NCBI GenBank assembly: GCA_965225855.1
Contig: CBDDCK010000005.1
Location: 416,001 to 480,000 of the forward strand
Origin: Spirochaetia bacterium
GTDB lineage: Bacteria; Spirochaetota; Spirochaetia; SP-2023
DNA: 64,000 nucleotides
Direction: 5' to 3'
The notes beneath the pieces were generated by a model, which was not told the DNA's origin, ran no database searches, and saw nothing but the letters and a program-made list of their open reading frames with translations. Each line of letters begins with the position of its first letter. The stretch's first letter is position 1. The position numbers were made by a program, and so were the translations under genes. This document shows positions 43,709-52,462 of this stretch, piece by piece.

Positions 43709-43769
43709 GATAAAACAGAACCTCCATAACTATATTCTTTCTATATTGATTTTCATAGGACCAGCCTAT

Positions 43770-45044
43770 TTAAGAAAAACGGTTTTTACATCGCAAGAAT
43801 ATATCTTCCGATAGCGAATAAATCTCAATCAAGACATTGTGCCATAATGCAGAATTTTCTTCTAGTACTTGGTTAGAGTTTTCTGAATTGCGAATCAAGG
43901 CTAAATGTTCTAAAATCAATATATAGTAAATTAATAATTGAGCCCTTTGTAAGCTGTAAAATCCATTGGCAGTATTCTCATAATTATTTGAAGCAGTAGG
44001 ATTTATTTCATTATTGCGCAGTTCGTGCTTTTTATGTTGTTTTGTGGCTATTTTCTGACTGCTAATTGTTTTTTTCAGTTGTAAAATTTGGTCCCAATAT
44101 GTTTTTTGTTGCTGATGATTTAATGTGTTTCCCAAGTCGTATTTGCCATCTGCAAGGGCGCAGAGGCCTGCCCAATTTAGGGCAACAGGGTCATCATTAT
44201 TGGAAAATTGGGAACGAATGTTATAGGGTAATTTTTGTAGTAACTGTTGGCAAAATTGACTACCTACTAAGGTGAAGTCCCAATGTAGTGGGTCTAACAA
44301 TAATAGTTTTCGTACATTTTGGTGAAACAAAGAGTTTTGTTCCATCTGCACATAAATATCGCAAAGTTCAAACATGGCAGAGCTGAAAATGGCACTGTTT
44401 TGCTGTAGATTGGTTAGTAACATTTTGAGTATTTTTTCTGCTTGGGCCAAGTAACCTACCGTTTTTTGAAATTTTGCAGTTAGCAGAGCCATAGTCCAAT
44501 AATGTTCGATTCCAAATTCGCCAGAAATCGCACTATCGTTGATAGTGCTATCAACGATAGTGCGTAAAGAGGTAAGACTTCGATGTTGTGAAGTTTCTTG
44601 GTTTATGGTTTGAATAATGGCTAGGCCTGCAAAACTGTAAGGCATAGCCATCGCCTTTGTCAAAATTTTACGATATTGCCCAGGAAGCCTGGGGATAAAA
44701 CTGTTTTGGAATAATTCCCAAGTTTGCAGTATGGTGTTTAAATTTACATCATGGTTGTTTTGTTTTTTTGGGGAGTAAATTCTTTTTTTGAGGTGGTTGC
44801 GCTGAATTTGCAGTTGCCAAAAGCGGAGTGCTTGGCATAAAGGACTCGATAAGGGATGGGTCAAAAGCATATCAGAACTTTGGAAAAGATATTGCTCTAA
44901 AAGCTGTAATAACTTGTAAAAATTTGTAGAGTGCTCTTTGGATAGTTGATGCCAGTCTTTCCAGAAAGCTAAAAAAATTTCAGGAGATTCATCGTATTGA
45001 TCTATTTTTTCTTGGAAAATACGCGATTGCTGGGCGTTGTACAT
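43770..45044 (-). CDS. Hypothetical TPR-like helical protein
   Basis: 424-aa helical ORF directly upstream of greA. Confidence 0.6.
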   Translation of the reverse strand: MYNAQQSRIFQEKIDQYDESPEIFLAFWKDWHQLSKEHSTNFYKLLQLLEQYLFQSSDMLLTHPLSSPLCQALRFWQLQIQRNHLKKRIYSPKKQNNHDVNLNTILQTWELFQNSFIPRLPGQYRKILTKAMAMPYSFAGLAIIQTINQETSQHRSLTSLRTIVDSTINDSAISGEFGIEHYWTMALLTAKFQKTVGYLAQAEKILKMLLTNLQQNSAIFSSAMFELCDIYVQMEQNSLFHQNVRKLLLLDPLHWDFTLVGSQFCQQLLQKLPYNIRSQFSNNDDPVALNWAGLCALADGKYDLGNTLNHQQQKTYWDQILQLKKTISSQKIATKQHKKHELRNNEINPTASNNYENTANGFYSLQRAQLLIYYILILEHLALIRNSENSNQVLEENSALWHNVLIEIYSLSEDIFLRCKNRFS

Positions 45045-45087
45045 AAGAAGCAGATTATGTTGCTTAGTTGGCCTTCATGAAAAAATT

Positions 45088-46212
45088 TTACTTTATAATA
45101 ACAGTTTGATTTCTTCCATTTTGTTTTGCACGATATAAAGCTTGATCGGCTCTTTCGATTAAATCTTTTGACTGCTCACTTTGGCGGAAACTGGTTATCC
45201 CTATTGAGACGGTTGGACTTGGAATGATTTGCTCTTTTGCATCATACAATTCTATTTTTTTAATGGCTTGGTGGATACGTTCTGCTATGACTTTTGCTTG
45301 CTGTAAATCACTTTGGGCAAAACAGACGAATTCTTCCCCACCAAAACGGCCCGTAAAATCCCGAGTCCGTACAGAAGCTTTAATTATTTTGGCAATAGCA
45401 TAAAGACATTGATCTCCTGCTAAGTGTCCATAGGTATCGTTAAATTTTTTAAAGAAATCCACATCAATAATTAGCAGTTGGTATTGCTTTATTGCCGATT
45501 GATTATCTAATTGTTTTTTTATAAGTTTGAGAAAATAATATTTATGGTGTAATTGGGTCAATTGATCAAAAGTAGCATAATTTCTTTCTTTTTGATAATC
45601 CAAAGCTAACGATAAAAGAGTTTGGAATTGTTGTAAGTACACAGGGGCATTAAATACAGGATGGCATAATGGGCGTTCGTAGATTAAAATACCATAAACT
45701 TCTTGCGAATTAGACGTTAAAAGCATACCACAGCGAATATACTCTTGAAATTTTTGAAACTGGTATATGAAAAAATTGTTAGTTGATTGAGCAACGACAG
45801 AAAAAAATCTTGTAGAAAGAATGTCTTTTATTTGCGGTTCATACCAGTATTTTGTTGAGTTGGGATTGGTGCTTTTAGAAACATCAATAGAAATGGAAGT
45901 GGGAAATTTGTCATACAGTGTTTTTGGATATGGAAATTGTTCTGAATAACTACCACGTTGCAAAGTGTAATTTGTTTGATTTTCTTTTTGATCAATATTG
46001 AGGTAGAGCAAACATGTGCGCTGTTGTAGAACTTGATACATGAAAGAAAACAAATTGATTTCAAAATCTTCCAGATTATCGGCAGTTAAAATGCTTTGGT
46101 AGAAAAAGATAAAAGTCTCATAATCGTTGTGAATATTATTATAATGGGCACCGTTATTGGCCAATGCTAAGTTGGGATACTCTAGTGCTGAAGTTTGGCA
46201 TGTTAGATTCAT
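45088..46212 (-). CDS. GGDEF-domain diguanylate cyclase
   Basis: DVDFFKKFNDTYGHLAGD, RTRD I-site, RFGGEEF and ADQALYRAKQNGRN motifs. Confidence 0.92.
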   Translation of the reverse strand: MNLTCQTSALEYPNLALANNGAHYNNIHNDYETFIFFYQSILTADNLEDFEINLFSFMYQVLQQRTCLLYLNIDQKENQTNYTLQRGSYSEQFPYPKTLYDKFPTSISIDVSKSTNPNSTKYWYEPQIKDILSTRFFSVVAQSTNNFFIYQFQKFQEYIRCGMLLTSNSQEVYGILIYERPLCHPVFNAPVYLQQFQTLLSLALDYQKERNYATFDQLTQLHHKYYFLKLIKKQLDNQSAIKQYQLLIIDVDFFKKFNDTYGHLAGDQCLYAIAKIIKASVRTRDFTGRFGGEEFVCFAQSDLQQAKVIAERIHQAIKKIELYDAKEQIIPSPTVSIGITSFRQSEQSKDLIERADQALYRAKQNGRNQTVIIK

Positions 46213-46242
46213 AATTAAACTCTAATTCGATATCAAAATAGT

Positions 46243-46316
46243 TGGGCCCACCAGGACTTGAACCTGGGACCCTCTGATTATGAGTCAGATGCTCTAACCG
46301 ACTGAGCTATAGGCCC
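46243..46316 (-). tRNA. tRNA with CAT anticodon, probably tRNA-Ile2
   Basis: Minus strand GGGCCTATAGCTCAGTCGGTTAGAGCATCTGACTCATAATCAGAGGGTCCCAGGTTCAAGTCCTGGTGGGCCCA; Ile-like acceptor stem. Confidence 0.9.
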
Positions 46317-46338
46317 TACTTGATAATATAATTCAAAA

Positions 46339-46411
46339 TAGTGGCGGAGGGACTTGAACCCCCGACCTAACGGATATGAGCCGTGCGCTCTACCGACTGA
46401 GCTACGCCACC
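46339..46411 (-). tRNA. tRNA-Met(CAT), probably elongator
   Basis: Minus strand GGTGGCGTAGCTCAGTCGGTAGAGCGCACGGCTCATATCCGTTAGGTCGGGGGTTCAAGTCCCTCCGCCACTA. Confidence 0.9.
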
Positions 46412-46424
46412 ATTCTGGCCATAT

Positions 46425-46452
46425 ATTCTACAAAAAACGGTAAGCTTGTCAA
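46425..46452 (-). promoter_or_regulatory. Sigma70 promoter of the tRNA pair
   Basis: Minus strand TTGACA-N16-TAGAAT, just upstream of tRNA-Met. Confidence 0.75.
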
Positions 46453-46467
46453 TAACTTTGTTGTTAT

Positions 46468-46559
46468 TGTAAGGGGGCATGAAGAATGAAATGTGGGGTA
46501 TTTGGGCAAATTGTTGCGTGATGCCCTGCTTATTGGGCTTTCAGAGGGTTCTTGACGGG
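46468..46559 (+). repeat. 92-bp direct repeat, left copy
   Basis: TGTAAGGGGGC...CTTGACGGG; matches 47886-47977 with 3 substitutions. Confidence 0.95.
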
Positions 46560-46680
46560 GTTTTGAATTTGAAATTAATTGCAACTTTTTGCTGTTTTTT
46601 GGGATAATTTGCAAAAAAGTTGCAGGTTTTCAGAGTGTTTTTTGGCTGTAAGTGCTTTGGAAACATGATATTTTTGCTCT

Positions 46681-46956
46681 ATTGCCACTAAAAATTACGA
46701 CCTTAATCAAAAGAAAAATAATCTTACTGGAACTGTTGAAGTAGACGAAACCTACATAGGTGGAGAAGAGAACAATAAACATTGGGATAAGAAAGCAAGT
46801 AATAACAATGAAACTTGGGCAGACAAAAAGACAACTGTAATAGGTGCTGTTTCAAGAGAACAGAAGATTGTTACAGCTAAGGTAATTTCTAAAACAGATT
46901 CTTCTAATGTTCAACCGTTTATAAGAAAAAATATTGATATTGAGGCTTACATAATC
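46681..46956 (+). mobile_element. IS1595-family (ISXO2-like) transposase internal fragment
   Basis: Uncalled frame reads LTGTVEVDETYIGGEENNKHWDKK...KTTVIGAVSR...VQPFIRKNI; no start codon (TGA at 46666) and similarity ends before the expected second catalytic Asp. Confidence 0.85.
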
Positions 46957-47039
46957 GGAAGGCAGCCCTTAAACTTATTGCTAGGCATTAAGTTTAAGTT
47001 GTTAGAAATTTAACTTGAATCTTTTATTAGAGAAATTAT

Positions 47040-47873
47040 ATGAAATATAGAGATAGTCTTTATTCTGAATATTTATTTGGAAATCGCTTTACTAGTAAAC
47101 AAGAGATTATTAAAAATATAGCTAGATTTTTATTCTGTGATTTAGCAACTATATCAAAATTAAATATTAAAGATTTAATGGCAGCACAATATATTATTGA
47201 ACAGATAGGGGCTATAAATCGTGATGGCGTTCATTTAATTTCAGGAATAAAACATATAATCGTTAATTCAATTATTGAAGGCTCAAGCAAGCGTAAAACG
47301 GCTGAAGCTTTGCGTATACGTTTAGGAGGATATAATCACGACTGGCTAAAAATTGCGAATACAAAGCTACAGGTTGCTAATGATGCAGGCAAAGTGGCAG
47401 AAATAGCAACTAACACACCCGAAGGCGAGCCAGTTTTGCTCAAGCGCTGGGAGATGTACGACCCCGCAGTATGCAACATTTGTAAGAGGTTTAATAAAAA
47501 AATAGCTATGCTTGTGGAAGGTGAACGGGAGAGCGATATAGCACCCAAAGACAGCCCAGCCGATTATCTAATTTGGCCAAGCAAGAATAACTGTAACCGT
47601 AAACGCTCCGAATGGCAATTATCTTTTGGGCCTATCCACCCCAATTGCCGGGGCAGCTGGGACCTCTACACCAAAATAGAACAAGAAAACAAAGACTTAT
47701 TTGCTAGCTGGGAAAAAACTAAAAAGTTAAAGACTAAATTATGGCAACAAGCCGAAAAGCAAGCCAACGCCCCTGTTACCATGCCAGACGGCACAACCAG
47801 AAGAGGCAAAGGCAATGTCGGTACAGTTTATAGCCAATTATTACAGCAGGCAAAAAAAGAAGGGAAATTATAG
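47040..47873 (+). CDS. Phage head-morphogenesis (MuF / SPP1 gp7-like) protein, orphan
   Basis: DWLKIANT, VCNIC and GPIHPNCRGSW (CxxC...HPxCR signature). Confidence 0.7.
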   Translation: MKYRDSLYSEYLFGNRFTSKQEIIKNIARFLFCDLATISKLNIKDLMAAQYIIEQIGAINRDGVHLISGIKHIIVNSIIEGSSKRKTAEALRIRLGGYNHDWLKIANTKLQVANDAGKVAEIATNTPEGEPVLLKRWEMYDPAVCNICKRFNKKIAMLVEGERESDIAPKDSPADYLIWPSKNNCNRKRSEWQLSFGPIHPNCRGSWDLYTKIEQENKDLFASWEKTKKLKTKLWQQAEKQANAPVTMPDGTTRRGKGNVGTVYSQLLQQAKKEGKL

Positions 47874-47885
47874 CTTGTTGGGAGA

Positions 47886-47977
47886 TGTAAGGGGGCGTGA
47901 AGAATGAAATGTGGGGTATTTGGGCAAATTGTTGCGTGATGCCCTGCTTATGGGGCTTTCAGAGGGTGCTTGACGGG
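47886..47977 (+). repeat. 92-bp direct repeat, right copy
   Basis: Matches 46468-46559; offset 1418 bp. Confidence 0.95.
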
Positions 47978-48106
47978 ATTTGAAGTGGTTTATAGTTGGC
48001 CTTCCGCCTTTAACTTCGCCTGTTTTCGCCTTGGTTCTTCTATAGATTAAAAATCTCTATCCCAACCTTTTTATAAAGTCCAGGGCAAGGAAAAATCAAA
48101 TATGGG

Positions 48107-48518
48107 TTGTTGTTCATTTTTGTTTTTCTCTTTGGTTTGGTATGAATCCCTCTGCCACCCCCAACCAAAACCCCACCCCCAAACCTTCACAGCAAAAACC
48201 AAACCATGCCCTAATTATGTACTTTTGAAAAGGAACAATTATGGACTAGGTCGGTCCATAGTTATCGACTTGTTGCGTCTATAACTATGGATTGGTTGCT
48301 TTGATGGTTTATGGATTACGATAATATGGAATGCAAATGGATTGGCATGGATTTTGAACCACCTTACAACACTAAACAACACTAAACATAAAAAAACACA
48401 AAAAAACTTACAAAAAGCTTATAAAGGCCTTGACGCAACACCCCCCTAGCAAAATGGGGCACTGTACACTAGCCCGTATGGGTTGGTTAATCTTTATCCC
48501 TTGTTGGAGGTATTGCTT
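48107..48518 (+). repeat. Conserved upstream non-coding module of lipoprotein copy 3
   Basis: Highly similar to the reverse complement of 31868-32268; proximal ~180 bp also matches 12177-12367. Confidence 0.9.
48430..48455 (+). promoter_or_regulatory. Candidate promoter with C6 tract (copy 3)
   Basis: TTGACG-caaca-CCCCCC-tag-CAAAAT; one C shorter than copies 1 and 2. Confidence 0.55.
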
Positions 48519-50555
48519 ATGTATAAGCTCAAACTATTTTTATTGCCTGTAGCATTGCTACTGGCCTTTATGGCCTTTGCCTGCGCCCCACCCGATGACA
48601 ACGATGACAATGGTGCGCCATCTTCTGGGCCGACTATCAATAACGCCATCTACGACTTTGCTACGGCTATCTTAACCGTACAAGGTACTGACTTAAGTCC
48701 TACAGAAGCCCAAATCCAAACCATCGTAGTAGATGGCCTAGCCTTAAGTTCCTATACTGCAGATGACGATGCCACTGGGGTAAATAGTAACGGTCTTGCA
48801 AAAGGTAAGTACCGTATTAAAAGCGATGGCACAGCGCTTTGGCTGAAACTTACCGATCCACATAAAGCTGTTCTTGAGGCCAAGGTGGGTAGCAATGGTC
48901 TAAAAAAAGGCTTGCTTAGCGTTGGCTCTGGTGCTTGGGCGGGTTTAAATACACCTAAAGACTTGGACGTTAGTAATGTACCCGAAAATAAGCAGTCTAA
49001 AGTATCCGATGACAATCAGCCATCTAAGCAAACTGAAGAAGCTGAACAAGTCGAACAAGCTGAAGAAGAGTCGCCTAAAGCCGCAATTACCGGTGCAACC
49101 TACCATGTTGGCACGGCTCTGCTAACTGTACAAGGTACTCACTTAGGTAGTGCGACCCAAGCACAAATCCAAACCATCAAAGTATATGACCTAGTCTTAA
49201 ATCCCTATATTGCAGATGCTAAACCCACTGGGCCAGATAGTCGCGGTCTTGCAAAAGGTAAGTACCGCATTAAAAACGATGGCACAGCGCTTTGGCTGAA
49301 ACTTACCGATCCACATAAAGCTACTCTGAATGGCAAGACAGGTATGGATAGCAATGGTCTAAAAGATGGGTTGCTTACTAGCACTGGTACTTGGGCGGGT
49401 TTAAATACAGCCAAAGCCTTGGCCGTTAGTGGTAACCCCGCAATTACCCGTGCAAGCTACAATGTTGGCACGGCGCTGCTAACTGTACAAGGTACTCACT
49501 TAGGTAGTGCGACCCAAGCCCAAATCCAAACCATCGTGGTAGGAAGCCAAACAAATGGTGTAGCCTTAAGTTCCTATACTGCAGATGACGATGCCACTGG
49601 GCCAGATAGTCGCGGTCTTGCAAAAGGTAAGTACCGCCTGCATAGCGCTGGCACAGCGCTTTGGCTGAAACTTACCGATCAACATAAAGCTGCTCTGAAT
49701 GGCAAGACAGGTATGGATAGCAATGGTCTAAAAGATGGGTTACTTAGCGTTGGCACTGGTACTTGGGCAGGTTTAGATACAGCCAAAGCCTTGGCCGTTA
49801 GTGGAAACCCACCCGCAATTACCCGTGCAACCTACAATGCTGCTACAAGTGTGTTAGTGATTACAGGTGTCAATTTACCGTCATCAGTGCGGGGCTGGGA
49901 CTTTAGCAAATTGAGGCTTGTCGCAGGTAATGGTCGTACTAAGAGTGCCCCATTATTACGGCACAACCCAACCGGTATTAATAGAGCTACAGGTTCTGCA
50001 GCAAGTGCAACAAGCTTAACGATTACTTTAAAGGGTAGTGAACACACAAAAGCCAGCAATATACTGGTTAAGAATGGTGATAGTGATGATAATGGTGCAT
50101 ACAACCTTAAAGCAGCAGCAGGATTTGTAATTGGTAGCGCTGAAGACACAAGCAATAACCCGATTACTGTCAGTGGCTACAAAAGCTATCTCCACAGCTT
50201 AACCTACTTTGCTAATAATGGCAAGTTATTGATTCAGGGTAAAAATTTACCGACAACAATTGCAGACTGGGACTTTAGCAAATTGACGCTTGTATCCGGT
50301 GATGGTAGTAAGGAATACACATTACCCCAGCACGCAACCGCAGATGCAAATACAGCCACAGGTTCTGATGCAAATATAGGCGGCGTAGTAATTACTTTAA
50401 GCGGTACTGTAAAAGCCAAAGCCGAGAAGATACTGGTTAAGAATGGTGTTCGTGATAATAATGGTGCATACAACCTTAAAGCAGCAGCAGGATTTGTAAT
50501 TGGTAGTCCAGAAGACCCAACCACTTCAATTAGAGTTTTTGGTGTTGGTAAATAA
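48519..50555 (+). CDS. Repeat-domain surface lipoprotein, copy 3 (A-short linker-A-A-B-B), 678 aa
   Basis: Same RBS, FMAFA-C lipobox and A/B repeats as copies 1 and 2. Confidence 0.9.
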   Translation: MYKLKLFLLPVALLLAFMAFACAPPDDNDDNGAPSSGPTINNAIYDFATAILTVQGTDLSPTEAQIQTIVVDGLALSSYTADDDATGVNSNGLAKGKYRIKSDGTALWLKLTDPHKAVLEAKVGSNGLKKGLLSVGSGAWAGLNTPKDLDVSNVPENKQSKVSDDNQPSKQTEEAEQVEQAEEESPKAAITGATYHVGTALLTVQGTHLGSATQAQIQTIKVYDLVLNPYIADAKPTGPDSRGLAKGKYRIKNDGTALWLKLTDPHKATLNGKTGMDSNGLKDGLLTSTGTWAGLNTAKALAVSGNPAITRASYNVGTALLTVQGTHLGSATQAQIQTIVVGSQTNGVALSSYTADDDATGPDSRGLAKGKYRLHSAGTALWLKLTDQHKAALNGKTGMDSNGLKDGLLSVGTGTWAGLDTAKALAVSGNPPAITRATYNAATSVLVITGVNLPSSVRGWDFSKLRLVAGNGRTKSAPLLRHNPTGINRATGSAASATSLTITLKGSEHTKASNILVKNGDSDDNGAYNLKAAAGFVIGSAEDTSNNPITVSGYKSYLHSLTYFANNGKLLIQGKNLPTTIADWDFSKLTLVSGDGSKEYTLPQHATADANTATGSDANIGGVVITLSGTVKAKAEKILVKNGVRDNNGAYNLKAAAGFVIGSPEDPTTSIRVFGVGK

Positions 50556-50668
50556 GTAGGGTTTTGTTGTTGCGGTAAGCAATGCTTGCACTGGCCTATT
50601 GCAGCCTTGGTATGGAGAACATACCAAGGCCAAAAACACCAAGCTAAAACGTTGCCATAAAAATTAAG

Positions 50669-51105
50669 AGATTCTCTTAATGCCCAATAATAGAGTTTCT
50701 TAATGTATAACAAGAGAGTTTCTTAATACCTAACAACAGAGTTTCTTAATGCCCAACAACAGAATTTCTTAATACCCAACAACAGAGTTTCTTAATGCCC
50801 AATAATAGAGTTTCTTAATGCATAACAAGAGAGTTTCTTAATACCTAACAACAGAGTTTCTTAATGCCCAACAAGAGAATTTCTTAATACCCAACAACAG
50901 AGTTTCTTAATGCCCAATAATAGAGTTTCTTAATGCATAACAAGAGAGTTTCTTAATACCTAACAACAGAGTTTCTTAATGCCCAACAACAGAATTTCTT
51001 AATACCCAACAACAGAGTTTCTTAATGCCCAATAATAGAGTTTCTTAATGCCCAATAATAGAGTTTCTTAATGCCCAACAACAGAGTCTCTTAATAACTA
51101 ACAAG
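50669..51105 (+). repeat. 23-bp tandem array x19 with 115-bp higher-order period
   Basis: Consensus AGAGTTTCTTAATRCCCAAYAAN; five variant units recur in the same order three times. Confidence 0.97.
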
Positions 51106-51271
51106 AGATTTTTGTAACAAGATAAACTTTGGCCAAGCCTTGGTAAGTTTTTATCAAGGCTGCTTTTATCAATTACAGCCTCGGTAATATAGACGATGGG
51201 TTGGGCTTTTTTTGTTTTGTTGCTAAAAATACTGTTGACCCTTCTATATGGTTAATCTATCATGGCCCCCA

Positions 51272-52447
51272 ATGGAAAAATCCATAAAACGCATTATATT
51301 TATTAGCAAAAAAAAGTTTCCTATCCAAAGGATTCAGCAATACTTTGCTTTAGAATATATGAAAGAATATGATGTTCAGCTTTGTTCTAAATATAGCGAA
51401 GCAGAGCAATTGCTATTGGACTCTAAATATATCGTTAGTCTTTTGGTTGTGGATTTTCGCGAAACCAGTTTGTTCCGAGATATTCAAATTTTAAAAGAAC
51501 AAGAATGTTTTGGTTTGTTACCAATATTAGGCATCATTCCTGAAATAACAGAAGTTACTTTATCTGCGCTCATTAATTGTGGTTGCCAAAGTTACTTAGA
51601 TGAAATCCGTTTAAAGACTTCCCTAATTGAATATATTTATATGCTGTTAGAAAATTCTAATCGTATGGAAATTAATTGTAGGCAAATTAGCCAATTGAGA
51701 GCAAAAAACCAGCAAGACACGGTTTTATTAGATATTGTGCGCAACTATGTTCCAAAGGCTGTTTGGCGCAAAGCAGAAAATTTTGCCCAGACCCAGCAAC
51801 AAAAGCTCGATAGCGAAGAAAGCGAACTGGTGGTTTGCTTTGCCGACATTTGCCAGTTTTCTACATTATCGCAACAAAAGCAACCACAACAAATAATGAA
51901 TATCCTTAATGTAGCCTTTGAAGTGGCAACACGCTATATTTACCATTTTTCCGGCGATATTGACCGGTTCATCGGCGATACTTTGTTAGCTATTTTTGAC
52001 GATGTTGAGCAAGCAATCAAAGCTAGCTACTGCATCCAAAAGGATTTAGATGAAATAAACCGAGGCAAAAATTCCGATGAAGTGATCGAATTTCGTATTG
52101 GTATGCATATAGGCAAAGTGCTTCGTGGTAATATCGGTGGCAATAAACGCTATGACTACGCCCTAATGGGGGATACGATTCAGCGGGCATCTCGCTTAGA
52201 AAGCCGTTCTCCTAACGGTGGTTTTGTTATTTCTAAAGCAATGCACGATCGCTTGGGTTTTACCGTTCCTGAAGAATATCGCTGCTCGGCAGAATTAAAA
52301 GGGAATGAAGGTAGAGAAATTTATTATCTGATGTTTGATTATCTGCAAAACAATCCCGATGCCATGCCAGAATTACAAGCAGAACTTGAGGCAATCAAAA
52401 GTGATACGGATAATTTGAAATATACTAACGAAGAATACTTATTATGA
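51272..52447 (+). CDS. Class III nucleotide cyclase with receiver-like N-terminus and atypical active-site residues
   Basis: FADICQFS, DRFIGD, FRIGMHIG and GDTIQRASRLES motifs; ATG 51272 chosen as start. Confidence 0.85.
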   Translation: MEKSIKRIIFISKKKFPIQRIQQYFALEYMKEYDVQLCSKYSEAEQLLLDSKYIVSLLVVDFRETSLFRDIQILKEQECFGLLPILGIIPEITEVTLSALINCGCQSYLDEIRLKTSLIEYIYMLLENSNRMEINCRQISQLRAKNQQDTVLLDIVRNYVPKAVWRKAENFAQTQQQKLDSEESELVVCFADICQFSTLSQQKQPQQIMNILNVAFEVATRYIYHFSGDIDRFIGDTLLAIFDDVEQAIKASYCIQKDLDEINRGKNSDEVIEFRIGMHIGKVLRGNIGGNKRYDYALMGDTIQRASRLESRSPNGGFVISKAMHDRLGFTVPEEYRCSAELKGNEGREIYYLMFDYLQNNPDAMPELQAELEAIKSDTDNLKYTNEEYLL

Positions 52448-52462
52448 AATTTATATTGTTTA

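Noticed and set aside
46243..47977. Classical tRNA-integrated prophage or island with attL/attR
   Set aside because: The direct repeats do not match either tRNA, the segment lies 5' of the tRNAs, and there is no integrase or phage module.
50669..51105. CRISPR array
   Set aside because: Units are contiguous 23-mers; the variable tails are only ~10 bp, mutually similar and recur periodically. There are no unique spacers and no cas genes.
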